Both the position numbers and the translations under genes were made by a program. The notes below the pieces were generated by a model, which was given only the letters and a program-made list of their open reading frames with translations, ran no database searches and was not told the DNA's origin. A stretch of 64,000 bases of DNA from Chloroflexi bacterium B3_Chlor (GTDB lineage Bacteria > Chloroflexota > Anaerolineae > UBA7937 > B3-Chlor): assembly GCA_005223035.1 (NCBI GenBank), contig NJBK01000007.1:24276-88275 (forward strand), written 5' to 3'. Below, piece after piece: positions 45,531 through 53,731 of the stretch. The first letter of the stretch is position 1. Each line of letters opens with the position of its first letter.

Positions 45531-45893
45531 ATGTTGAGTGTGGGTGTAGACTTGATTGAGACGCGACGCATCGCTCGTGCGTTGGAGCGCTGGGGCGACC
45601 GCTTTCTGCTATACGTCTATACTCCTGCGGAGGTCGAGTATTGCAGAAACCACGTACCAGAACTGGCTGCTCGCTTTGCCGCTAAGGAGGCCGTGTCCAA
45701 AGCCTTGGGGACGGGATTGCGTGGTGTGAAGTGGCGGGACATGGAGGTGTTGTCAGACATGCGGGGCAAACCACTGGTTCGGCTCCACGGCCGGGCCAGG
45801 AAGCGGGCTGAGCAACTGGGGCTGGATGAGTTCGCCATCAGTCTTTCTCACTCCCGCAGATACGCTATCGCCTTCGTAGTAGCTAGCGATTGA
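45531..45893 (+). CDS. acpS: Holo-[acyl-carrier-protein] synthase
   Basis: GVDLIE..RI......GDRF...V.T..E......FAAKEAVSKALGTG......E....G.P. Confidence 0.9.
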   Translation: MLSVGVDLIETRRIARALERWGDRFLLYVYTPAEVEYCRNHVPELAARFAAKEAVSKALGTGLRGVKWRDMEVLSDMRGKPLVRLHGRARKRAEQLGLDEFAISLSHSRRYAIAFVVASD

Positions 45894-45947
45894 TCCGCTG
45901 TTTCAAGGACGAAGGCGAGGTTGGAGAACTGGATGTAGGAGGTATGG

Positions 45948-46130
45948 ATGCTGCAACCGCTTGGGTTTCTTATTGTCGGCGCAGTGGTCGGGGTGCTCCT
46001 GCTGGTGTGGGTGATAGGTGTCATAAGGAAAGTGGGTGGTTGCTTGATCCATCTTGCACTGGTGGCCGCCGGGCTCATCCTGTTCCTGTATCTGGGCTGG
46101 CTCCTATTGCAGAGACTGCTCCTCGCTTGA
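45948..46130 (+). CDS. Small hydrophobic protein (two predicted TM helices)
   Basis: 60 aa, MLQPLGFLIVGAVVGVLLLVWVIGVIRKVGGCLIHLALVAAGLILFLYLGWLLL. Good RBS (AGGAGG, 7-nt spacer). Confidence 0.45.
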   Translation: MLQPLGFLIVGAVVGVLLLVWVIGVIRKVGGCLIHLALVAAGLILFLYLGWLLLQRLLLA

Positions 46131-46321
46131 TGCCAGCTTTCTCGGCGGCTGGGCTGCGGCGGAATGACGACACTACATAGGGTGATGCGGGGAGACGAGG
46201 TAGTCTCCCTTTTCCTTGCTACTAGAGCCTTCAGCCGTGGTGCCTGTCGCAATCCCCATCCCGAGTTCGTGGTGGCGGGTGGCGTAGACCCGTTGAAGGA
46301 TTCGCAGGCTACAGGAAGGTG

Positions 46322-47296
46322 TCACTCGTGACCTGTCTGTGCAGACACCCGGACTAGGTAGCTGAGGTCTGAGCCAGCCTGGCCACGGTAGTCTTCGACC
46401 CCGACGTAGTAGGTCTCACTAGAAGGTGCCGTCCAGACTACACGCGACGCGTAGATTTCGTCTCCAGCATCATCATCGTACTCCAGCTCCACGCCATCTA
46501 CATCGTACAGGTAAAGCACCGTGTCACACTCACCTTGCAGATTACCTGTTTCAATTATGTACTCTGCCCCTTCCTGAGCGATGAACGACACGTAGTCCAC
46601 GTCCGTTGTGGTGTGGAATGTGTGAGTCTGGTAGGCGCCATCTGTGTCTATCGGGCTGGCTTGAGGGATGCTATCGTCGGGCTCGTAACTGTCTGCATCT
46701 TCCCCTACATCTGTGGTCATCACGAGGATCCCGTAGGTAGCGTCGACCCCGGAGGAGTCTTCGCCCAGATCTCTGGTCATCACATAGTAAATTCCGCTGC
46801 GGGGTGCGATCCAGACGAGGCGCGAGGCAAGCGATTGCTCAGCTCCATCGTCGTCATGGGCTAACTCGTTCCCGTTGGCGTCGTACAGGTAGATGATCGT
46901 ATCAATGCTGCTGCCCAGGTTTGATGTCTCGATAATGTAGGCGGTTCCCCCTTGCGCCACAAAGGAGACGTAGTCGTGATCCCCCTGTATGTGGAGGTTG
47001 TGTGGCCGGATGGTGCGGTCGATGGTTATCGGCTGTGCTTCGGCGATGGTGTTGTCGGGCTCATACGCGTCCGCTCCGAGCACGGGGCTGGGCGGCATCG
47101 GGGTGGGGGTCAACGTGCCGGGGACAGGACTCGGGGTGTGGCTTGGTGTAGGGATAGGCGTTGCCACGGGGAGTAGGGGGAGGATCCCGCCAACCAGTGT
47201 GACCGTCACCATCCCCACGACTACGCAGCCAACTACGACCGCAGCTGCAATACCGATGATCAGGGGTATCCCGATCTTGCGCTTTTTCCTGGCCAT
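46322..47296 (-). CDS. Membrane-anchored protein with two PPC (pre-peptidase C-terminal)-like domains
   Basis: N-terminal KKRK plus a TM helix, a Pro/Thr linker, then two ~110-aa repeats (YEPD(N/D).I..A.PI......H......D.DYVSF.AQ.G..YIIET.NL....DT..YLYD..G.EL..DDD). Confidence 0.75.
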   Translation of the reverse strand: MARKKRKIGIPLIIGIAAAVVVGCVVVGMVTVTLVGGILPLLPVATPIPTPSHTPSPVPGTLTPTPMPPSPVLGADAYEPDNTIAEAQPITIDRTIRPHNLHIQGDHDYVSFVAQGGTAYIIETSNLGSSIDTIIYLYDANGNELAHDDDGAEQSLASRLVWIAPRSGIYYVMTRDLGEDSSGVDATYGILVMTTDVGEDADSYEPDDSIPQASPIDTDGAYQTHTFHTTTDVDYVSFIAQEGAEYIIETGNLQGECDTVLYLYDVDGVELEYDDDAGDEIYASRVVWTAPSSETYYVGVEDYRGQAGSDLSYLVRVSAQTGHE

Positions 47297-47305
47297 GGCG
47301 GGGAG

Positions 47306-47371
47306 TCACTTCCCACACTCGCCGCAGAGGGCATCACTGCCCACCTCAGCATCACAATAAGTGCATTTCAT
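47306..47371 (-). CDS. 21-codon zinc-ribbon mini-ORF (CxxC-x9-CxxC)
   Basis: Below the track cutoff. MKCTYCDAEVGSDALCGECGK*, with RBS AGGAGG and a 6-nt spacer. Its TGA stop is in frame with the PPC-protein ATG 12 nt downstream (three intervening codons). Confidence 0.45.
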   Translation of the reverse strand: MKCTYCDAEVGSDALCGECGK

Positions 47372-47419
47372 TCGTTACCTCCTGCGGCACGGCACTCGCT
47401 TTCTCCAAGGCCAGAGGCT

Positions 47420-47899
47420 CTATGATTCCTCTTCCTCGGTTTCCAGCAGTGTTTGATAATCCAGGCCACAAGTCCTGCAGAAGTTGACGCCAGCCCTCAT
47501 TTGGGAATTGCAGCGCGGGCAAGCTATGATCAGCCGAGCGCCACACTTGGCGCAGAGCTTGGCGTCGCTCTGGTTCTGAAAGCCGCACCAGTGACAGCGA
47601 CCATCCGGAGACGAGAGACCTTCATAGCTAGCACCGCACTGGTCGCAGAAGCGCATACGCCGCTCCAATTTGGCCCCGCACCGAGGGCAGTACTTCGCCA
47701 GAGCAGCTCCGCACTCGCTGCAGGAAGCAGCCTCTGGCTTGTTGCGGAACCCACACTGGGGGCACGGGAGGAGGGAATCGGCCGATCTGCTAGCCACGGC
47801 AAACCTGGGACCGCAGGCGGTGCAGACAAGCTGGCCGCTCTCCGCTGTTTCCAGTCGACGGGCACCACACTTTGGGCACCTAGAAGGCTCCACCATCAT
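47420..47899 (-). CDS. Multi-zinc-ribbon protein (about 5 CxxC..CxxC ribbons, DZR-like)
   Basis: CPKCG..CTACG; CPQCG..CSECG; CPRCG..CDQCG; CHWCG..CAKCG; CPRCN..CRTCG. Confidence 0.7.
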   Translation of the reverse strand: MMVEPSRCPKCGARRLETAESGQLVCTACGPRFAVASRSADSLLPCPQCGFRNKPEAASCSECGAALAKYCPRCGAKLERRMRFCDQCGASYEGLSSPDGRCHWCGFQNQSDAKLCAKCGARLIIACPRCNSQMRAGVNFCRTCGLDYQTLLETEEEES

Positions 47900-47957
47900 C
47901 TTCTCTCAGCGGGTGGATTCTAACATACGGTAGGTCTCTCGGCAACGAGGCCACGGC

Positions 47958-48530
47958 CTATATCTGCGCCAGGATATAGACAATAAGAAGAATACTGAGG
48001 ATTATCAGAGCGACCATGATGTTAGAACTGAGGGTGGCAACGTAGGGTGGTTCATTGCCCTGTTCCCCTTCCCTCCCATGCTTGCAGACAAGCTTTTCGG
48101 TCACGAAGCGAGAGTAGGCGAAGCGGCAGTACGGACAGAACTTGAGGGTCGCTCTGGTCATGGTGCCGCACTGTGGACATCTGACGAGTAGGCGGGCCCC
48201 GCACTCCCCGCAAAACTCGGCGTGTTGTTCGGCTTGGGAGCCGCACCGCTGGCAGCGTCCTTGTGAGATGGCAACTGCCTTGGACTCAGTACTGCATCCC
48301 TCGCACAGGTATGCGCTAGTAGGGATCTTGACGCCGCATTGAGGACAATACCTGACCAGGGCGGCTCCACAGTGACCGCAGAACTGGCTGCCCTCCCGAT
48401 TCAGGGAACGACACTGGGGGCATGTCGGCGGGGAGTCAACACCCGCGGTGCTATCGCCACGGGAGTCGTGCACGAAATTCTCACAGTCGAAACTGCCGCC
48501 GTTGGGGGATCTCGAAGCTGGCGAAGACAT
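47958..48530 (-). CDS. Multi-zinc-ribbon protein with a C-terminal TM anchor
   Basis: CPQCR..CGHCG; CPQCG..CEGC; CQRCG..CGECG; CPQCG..CPYC. A C-terminal helix follows (IMVALIILSILLIVYILAQI). RBS GAGGGGAA. Confidence 0.7.
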   Translation of the reverse strand: MSSPASRSPNGGSFDCENFVHDSRGDSTAGVDSPPTCPQCRSLNREGSQFCGHCGAALVRYCPQCGVKIPTSAYLCEGCSTESKAVAISQGRCQRCGSQAEQHAEFCGECGARLLVRCPQCGTMTRATLKFCPYCRFAYSRFVTEKLVCKHGREGEQGNEPPYVATLSSNIMVALIILSILLIVYILAQI

Positions 48531-48544
48531 CGGTTCCCCTCAGC

Positions 48545-49468
48545 CTATTGGATGCTGATGGAAGAGTGAGTCGCCGTCAGCATCAGATCAAGCCTGGTTT
48601 CTGCCTCATCATACCCTTGTGAGAGGTATTCGTCTCCGCTGATCCTGTCAAAACGGGACGAATCTACGGTTAGCTCCGTGTCATCGAGCTCCAGCCGTAC
48701 CCTGGCGGCTGCATTGGCGGGCACGATCACTGTCAACTCGGTCTCGTCGAGATTCAGACTGGCATCGAGCTTGTCGCTGGCAGGCATCTCCACCTTGCCA
48801 GTGCAGTCATCCAGTTCAACTGCAAAGGTCTTCAGAGCTAGGTCACTCAGGTTCAGATCCAGGCGGCAATCGCTCCCATCGAACTCCAGCTGCAGGGCGA
48901 TGCGCGGGGTGAGCTCCACGGTCCAGTCGTTTCTCATGCCGCCCAGGAAGAAGAAGGGGAAGAAGGCTTCGTATCGGTCGGCAAGAGTCAGGTTGCCCAG
49001 ACCGGAGGATTCCGTGAACTCTTGCTGGATGAAGATGTTCCTGTTGTGGATGAAGTGGCCTTTCATCAACAGATGCGGTTTCTCGTCCAACCGTTCCAGA
49101 TGCAAGGTGCCATTATCCAGTTCCATCAGGATGTGCGCCTGGGTCAAGGCTCCAAGGTCTTGGCTCAAGTCGTCGGTGATCATCTCTTTGGTCGGAAAGG
49201 TCGGTGCCACAAGCAGAACGGCGCCCACAACCACAACGACCACCAGAATCAGCACCGGAAGAGCAAACCAGATAGGGAAACCTCTCAGGGCGATGTCTGC
49301 TCCCAACAGGATCAGGATCACGGGCCAGAATCGCCAGAGATTGTACCAAATGTCTCCCGGCAAGTAGCCAAGGTTGTGGAGCAACCATATGAACCCCACT
49401 ACGATGAGGATTAGGGCACCTGTCACTGATCCGCGGCGGACGGGTCTTGGGCTTTCGGTGTGTTGCAT
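48545..49468 (-). CDS. LiaF-like / DUF5668-type membrane protein with a C-terminal beta-rich (toast-rack-like) domain
   Basis: N-terminal TM region GALILIVVGFIWLLHNLGYLP..IW..WRFWPVILILLGADI. The C-terminal part has repetitive beta-strand segments (..L.LE.D..D..L.L...). Confidence 0.6.
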   Translation of the reverse strand: MQHTESPRPVRRGSVTGALILIVVGFIWLLHNLGYLPGDIWYNLWRFWPVILILLGADIALRGFPIWFALPVLILVVVVVVGAVLLVAPTFPTKEMITDDLSQDLGALTQAHILMELDNGTLHLERLDEKPHLLMKGHFIHNRNIFIQQEFTESSGLGNLTLADRYEAFFPFFFLGGMRNDWTVELTPRIALQLEFDGSDCRLDLNLSDLALKTFAVELDDCTGKVEMPASDKLDASLNLDETELTVIVPANAAARVRLELDDTELTVDSSRFDRISGDEYLSQGYDEAETRLDLMLTATHSSISIQ

Positions 49469-49578
49469 GGCCGCCTCTCTGGCTCACGAGGGTCGTAGAA
49501 TCTCTGCCCTTGACTAGTGCGTTCATTATACGTAACAAACTCCTTGCCGTCAAGATACTGCGTGTCAGCGGTGTTAGT

Positions 49579-49607
49579 TTGACAAGAAGAGACGTTGATG
49601 GTAAAAT
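49579..49607 (+). promoter_or_regulatory. Sigma70-type promoter for tRNA-Glu (TTGACA-N17-TAAAAT)
   Basis: TTGACA 49579-49584 and TAAAAT 49602-49607. The tRNA starts 12 nt downstream of the -10. Confidence 0.65.
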
Positions 49608-49618
49608 CATGCCAGTGT

Positions 49619-49691
49619 GGCGCATTCGTCTAGTGGCCTAGGATACCGCCCTCTCAAGGCGGAGACAGGGGTTCGACTCCCCTATGCGCTA
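49619..49691 (+). tRNA. tRNA-Glu (anticodon CUC)
   Basis: Manual cloverleaf. The acceptor stem ggcgcat/atgcgct has G1-U72. The anticodon stem is ccgcc/ggcgg with loop cuCUCaa. The T arm is agggg-ttcgact-cccct. Discriminator A. CCA is not encoded (next bases are cct). Confidence 0.9.
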
Positions 49692-49859
49692 CCTCCACCT
49701 GTTCCACATGAGCGACAGCGAGTTTCCCCTTTGCCCACCACCGCTATCTGTCGCCTCTCATCCGTGTGCGGCAGCGCCCGGTAGACAATTGTGGCCCATC
49801 TTTCATTCAGAAGATCACCGCAGGGTGTAAACCATGCTCCCGACGAGTTCGACGCTAGT

Positions 49860-49889
49860 TTGACAATTAAGGCATCAAAGGCTTATAAT
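49860..49889 (+). promoter_or_regulatory. Sigma70-type promoter for rpmH-rnpA (TTGACA-N18-TATAAT)
   Basis: TTGACA 49860-49865 and TATAAT 49884-49889. Confidence 0.65.
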
Positions 49890-49924
49890 AGAGATTCAAG
49901 TATCCATCATTCGAGAGGCTCGTC

Positions 49925-50062
49925 ATGCCCAAGCGTACATACCAGCCCAAGAAAAGGAAGCGTAAGAGAAGTCACGGATTCCGGGCCCGAATGCGTACTT
50001 CTGGTGGTCGGAGAGTGCTCAAGGCGCGCCGCCAGAAGGGACGCAAGAGACTGTCCGTCTGA
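49925..50062 (+). CDS. rpmH: 50S ribosomal protein L34
   Basis: Below the track cutoff. [45 protein letters not shown]. Confidence 0.95.
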   Translation: MPKRTYQPKKRKRKRSHGFRARMRTSGGRRVLKARRQKGRKRLSV

Positions 50063-50101
50063 TTCTTTGAACGTTGACCTTGTGCACGCGGTGTCCGGAC
50101 C

Positions 50102-50440
50102 ATGGAGAGGAGATACCGGCTGACGGACAATGAGCAGTTCCAGCGGGTCAAGAAGGAAGGTCGTTCCTGGTCCCACGTTTTGCTGGTGCTTTGCGCCCTT
50201 CCCAACGAGCTGGATTACAGCCGTTTCGGTTTCTCAGTAAGCAAGCGGGTTGGCAAGGCTGCAGTTCGTAACCGAGCCAAGCGACTCCTCCGAGAGTCCG
50301 CCAGGGCTCGACAGGCCGCGATCGCGCCAGGTCAGGATCTGGTTTTCATTGCCCGTAGTCCTATCGCGGATGCCGGCTACCGCGAGGTGGATCAGGCCGT
50401 CGAGGAGGCACTGCTGCAGGCCGGTCTGCTATGTGCCTGA
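50102..50440 (+). CDS. rnpA: Ribonuclease P protein component
   Basis: ..RL....FQRV...G.........FGFSVSKRVGKAVVRNR.KRLLRE. motif. It follows rpmH. Confidence 0.9.
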   Translation: MERRYRLTDNEQFQRVKKEGRSWSHVLLVLCALPNELDYSRFGFSVSKRVGKAAVRNRAKRLLRESARARQAAIAPGQDLVFIARSPIADAGYREVDQAVEEALLQAGLLCA

Positions 50441-50491
50441 ACACAATGCTGGGGCAGCGGCCACGGACGCTTGGGGCCTTGACATCTAGGG

Positions 50492-50701
50492 ATGAAATCG
50501 TTTCTCTTGATTACGATCCGACTATATCAGAAGTTCATGTCCCCGGCTTTTTCCGCTTCCTGCCGTTTCGTGCCCTCGTGCTCCAAGTACACTTATGGGG
50601 CCATCGAGAAGTACGGCGCCATACGGGGAGGATGGCTGGGCATCAAGCGGATAGTGCGTTGCCATCCCCTGCATCCCGGCGGATATGATCCGGTACCCTA
50701 A
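50492..50701 (+). CDS. yidD: Membrane protein insertion efficiency factor YidD
   Basis: ..YQ...SP.....CRF.PSCS.Y...AI.KYG...[19 protein letters not shown]. Confidence 0.92.
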   Translation: MKSFLLITIRLYQKFMSPAFSASCRFVPSCSKYTYGAIEKYGAIRGGWLGIKRIVRCHPLHPGGYDPVP

Positions 50702-50729
50702 GTCCAGTTGTGGTGGAGGAGACTTGTCC

Positions 50730-51869
50730 TTGAAAGAGACAATTACGACAAAGATAAGGCTTGTTGCTTTGTGGACCTTGTTGCCATTGCTCCTGGTCCT
50801 CCTCGCAGGATGTGGCGGGCGTGCAGCCATGGGCTGGTCTGCGCCTGTGTTGGAGGAGGGAGTTCTGTACGCTGGCTCTAAAGGGGGCAAGCTGTATGCG
50901 CTGGACACTAGCACTCGGCAACAGCTGTGGCAGTTCCCCTCGGAGGGACAGCTGGCGGGTATCTATTCCACGCCCGTCATAAGTGGGGGCGTCCTATTCT
51001 TCGGCTCATATGAGATCGAAACGACAGGCTTTCTGATATTTCAGAATCAGGATATCCAAGGCAGAGCCTATGCCCTGGATGTGAGTAACGGTCAGGAGAA
51101 ATGGCATTTCCCTGTAGGCAGCGTTGAAGAGGCGGAGCCCTTCCTGGGCGCCCCTGCCATAGGCCAGGGTCTGGCGTACTTTACTTCCTCCGACCATAAG
51201 GTGTACGCTCTGGACATGGAGACTGGGGTCAGGAGGTGGGACTTCGAGACTGGTGAGGAGATCTGGGGCGGCCCGGCCTGGCACGATGGAACCGTCTACG
51301 TTGGTTCTGCGGACAAGAACTTTTATGCTCTGGATGGGGCCACAGGTGAGAGAAGGTGGACCTTTGCTGCTGGCGGAGCTATTTACTGCACCCCTCATGT
51401 GTATGAAGATACGGTGTACTTTGGATCTCTAGACAACAATGTGTATGCTCTGAACGCCCAGAATGGGCAGGAGAAGTGGAGGTTTTCGACCGGGAACTGG
51501 ATTTGGGGCAGACCGGTGCTGCATGAGGACGTGCTCTACGTGCCTTCCCTCGACAATTCATTATACGCTTTGGACGCCAGCAACGGTGCGTTGAAGTGGC
51601 AGTTCGAGGCGGAAGACATGATCACTGCTTCCCCGGTGATAACTGAGGGGGTTGTCTATTTGACGGCAAACAACGCAGGTGCATATGCTCTAGAGGCCGA
51701 GACGGGCACTCGGGTCTGGCACTACCCCCAGGAGGGAAGCTTGAAGGTGTTGGCCTCCCCTGCAGTGGCGAGTGACCTGGTCTACGTGAATGCGGATGAC
51801 GGTAAACTGTACGCGCTTGATGCTGCGACGGGGGAGCTGAGATGGGAGCTAGCGCCAGACCAGCAATAA
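50730..51869 (+). CDS. PQQ-like beta-propeller repeat lipoprotein (BamB-like fold)
   Basis: Lipobox LLLVLLAGC. Repeated units follow (..G.LYALD..TG...W.F........P....G.VY.GS.D...YALD). I prefer the TTG start at 50730 (RBS GGAGGAG, 8-nt spacer). The track start 50685 overlaps yidD. Confidence 0.8.
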   Translation: MKETITTKIRLVALWTLLPLLLVLLAGCGGRAAMGWSAPVLEEGVLYAGSKGGKLYALDTSTRQQLWQFPSEGQLAGIYSTPVISGGVLFFGSYEIETTGFLIFQNQDIQGRAYALDVSNGQEKWHFPVGSVEEAEPFLGAPAIGQGLAYFTSSDHKVYALDMETGVRRWDFETGEEIWGGPAWHDGTVYVGSADKNFYALDGATGERRWTFAAGGAIYCTPHVYEDTVYFGSLDNNVYALNAQNGQEKWRFSTGNWIWGRPVLHEDVLYVPSLDNSLYALDASNGALKWQFEAEDMITASPVITEGVVYLTANNAGAYALEAETGTRVWHYPQEGSLKVLASPAVASDLVYVNADDGKLYALDAATGELRWELAPDQQ

Positions 51870-51886
51870 TGACAGGAGGGTGTTGA

Positions 51887-52702
51887 ATGCCCGGAATAGG
51901 CGAACTATGGAATCTGTTGATTATGGAGCCCATGCTGAATGTGCTGGTGCTGCTCTATAGTCTGCTCTTCAACAATTTTGTACTGGCTATCATCGGCCTG
52001 ACCATTGTGGTGCGCCTTGTGACCTTTCCCCTCACCCAGAAGCAGATAAGGTCCATGAAGTCGATGCAGGAACTGCAGCCCGAGATTCAGAAGCTGCAGA
52101 AGAAACATGCAAAGGATCGGGAGAAGCTGTCGGCGGCGACCATGGAGCTCTACAAGAAGCATGGCGTCAATCCCATGATGGGCTGTCTGCCTATGTTGAT
52201 CCAGATGCCTATCTGGATAGGGCTCTACCAGTCCATCTATCAAGCCCTGGGAAGCACACCGGAGCAGTTCATAGGGCTATCTCAGCGGCTGTACCATTCC
52301 ATCCCTTTCATGTACGGCATAGCGACCCGTTCCATACCACTGAAAAGCCAGTTCTTGTGGTTGGATCTGGGGCGTCCTGATCCCTTCTACGTCTTGCCTG
52401 TGTTCGTGGTGGCGATCTTCTGGCTGCAGCAGAAACTGACTGCTCAGCCCGCTGTGGACCCCTCGCAGGCCCAGATGAATAGATCCATGCAGACCATGAT
52501 GCCCATCATGTTCGGCTTCATCACTTTGCAGGTCGCCTCGGGATTGGCGGTATACTGGGTTGCCTCAGGGGTACTACAGATCGTGCAGACGGGCTTCACG
52601 ACCGGCTGGGGAGATGTAACTAAAGTCCTGCCGAAGGGGATACCAGGGCTTCCCAGGCGAGAGGAAACTAGGAAAGATGGAAGGAAAAAGAAGAAGCGTT
52701 GA
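51887..52702 (+). CDS. yidC: YidC/Oxa1-family membrane protein insertase (short, monoderm type)
   Basis: ..LTIVVRL...PLT.KQ..SM..MQ.LQPE...LQKK...D..KL....M.LYK..GVNP..GCLP.LIQMPI... Confidence 0.9.
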   Translation: MPGIGELWNLLIMEPMLNVLVLLYSLLFNNFVLAIIGLTIVVRLVTFPLTQKQIRSMKSMQELQPEIQKLQKKHAKDREKLSAATMELYKKHGVNPMMGCLPMLIQMPIWIGLYQSIYQALGSTPEQFIGLSQRLYHSIPFMYGIATRSIPLKSQFLWLDLGRPDPFYVLPVFVVAIFWLQQKLTAQPAVDPSQAQMNRSMQTMMPIMFGFITLQVASGLAVYWVASGVLQIVQTGFTTGWGDVTKVLPKGIPGLPRREETRKDGRKKKKR

Positions 52703-53381
52703 AGCCTCTGGAGGAAGTGTCGATGAGGCCGTTGAGAAGGCCCTGGAGGAGCTCGGTGTCGACAAGGATCAGGTAGAGACCGAGGTTCTAGCCGAAGGTA
52801 GCCGCGGTCTGTTGGGGCTAGGGCGTGAGAAGGCCAAGGTGCGGGTCACTCTGTTGGAACCTGGCGAGCCACGCGAGGAGTTGGAAGAGTTCGAGGAGCC
52901 TGCCCCTGCTAGGGCAGACGTGGCGGAAGTCGCCCTTGAGGTGCTGCGCAATCTTCTGCATCATATGGGAGTCCAGGCCGAGGTGGTTGTGCGAGAGCCT
53001 GCCGGGGATGAATCACTTCCCATAGTCTTGGACGTCGAAGGGGACAACCTGGGTATCCTCATCGGACGGCAGGGGGAGACCCTGCGCGACCTGCAATACA
53101 TCTCCCGTCTGATCGTTAGTCGCAAGCTCCAACGCTGGGTGAATGTCGTCGTTGATGTGGGAGGATACAAGAGACGGCGAGAGAGGATACTCACGGAGTT
53201 AGCCGAGAGAATGGCCAAGAGGGTGATGGACGAAGGAAGGGCCGTCACCTTGGAGCCGATGCCGGCCCATGAGCGGCGCATTGTGCACATGGCCTTACGC
53301 GACTACGAATCAGTAAGGACGGAGAGCACGGGCGAGGGTGGCCGGCGCAAGGTAGTCATCCTGCCTAAGGAAGAGTCCTAG
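52677..53381 (+). CDS. jag: Jag/KhpB RNA-binding protein (Jag_N, KH, R3H)
   Basis: ..SVDEAVEKALEELGV....V...VL.EGS.GLLGLG and the C-terminal R3H L.PM.A.ERRIVH.AL. Confidence 0.85.
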   Translation: MEGKRRSVEASGGSVDEAVEKALEELGVDKDQVETEVLAEGSRGLLGLGREKAKVRVTLLEPGEPREELEEFEEPAPARADVAEVALEVLRNLLHHMGVQAEVVVREPAGDESLPIVLDVEGDNLGILIGRQGETLRDLQYISRLIVSRKLQRWVNVVVDVGGYKRRRERILTELAERMAKRVMDEGRAVTLEPMPAHERRIVHMALRDYESVRTESTGEGGRRKVVILPKEES

Positions 53382-53431
53382 TTCCCCGCGCGGTCGCCAA
53401 TCCATGGGAGGTACGGCCAGGACCCAGGCCA

Positions 53432-53731
53432 ATGAAGATCAGCCGCTCCGAGGTAGAACACATCGCCGACCTAGCGAGGTTGGAGCTAAGCGAGGGGGAG
53501 ATCAAGCAACTTGAGACTGACCTCTCGCAGATTCTAGAGTATGTCGAGCAACTGAACGAACTGGATACCACCGATGTCCTCCCCACTGCCCACGTAGTCG
53601 TCAAAGGCGATGTGCTGCGCGAAGACGAATCCAGGCCGTCTTTGCCCAGCGAGGATATCTTGTCCAACGCCCCTCGAACTCAGGATGGTTTCTTCCGTGT
53701 CCACGCCATCTTCCGTAAGGGGGGGCGGTGA
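53432..53731 (+). CDS. gatC: Asp/Glu-tRNA(Asn/Gln) amidotransferase subunit C
   Basis: I...EV.HIA.LARL.L...E........L..IL.YVE.L.ELDT..V.PT.H. Confidence 0.9.
   Translation: MKISRSEVEHIADLARLELSEGEIKQLETDLSQILEYVEQLNELDTTDVLPTAHVVVKGDVLREDESRPSLPSEDILSNAPRTQDGFFRVHAIFRKGGR

Noticed and set aside
49692-49924. Possible oriC next to rpmH (classical dnaA-rpmH neighbourhood)
   Set aside because: There is only one weak DnaA-box-like site (gTATCCAtcA near 49911), no cluster of boxes, no AT-rich unwinding element and no dnaA gene. A tRNA gene occupies the upstream position.
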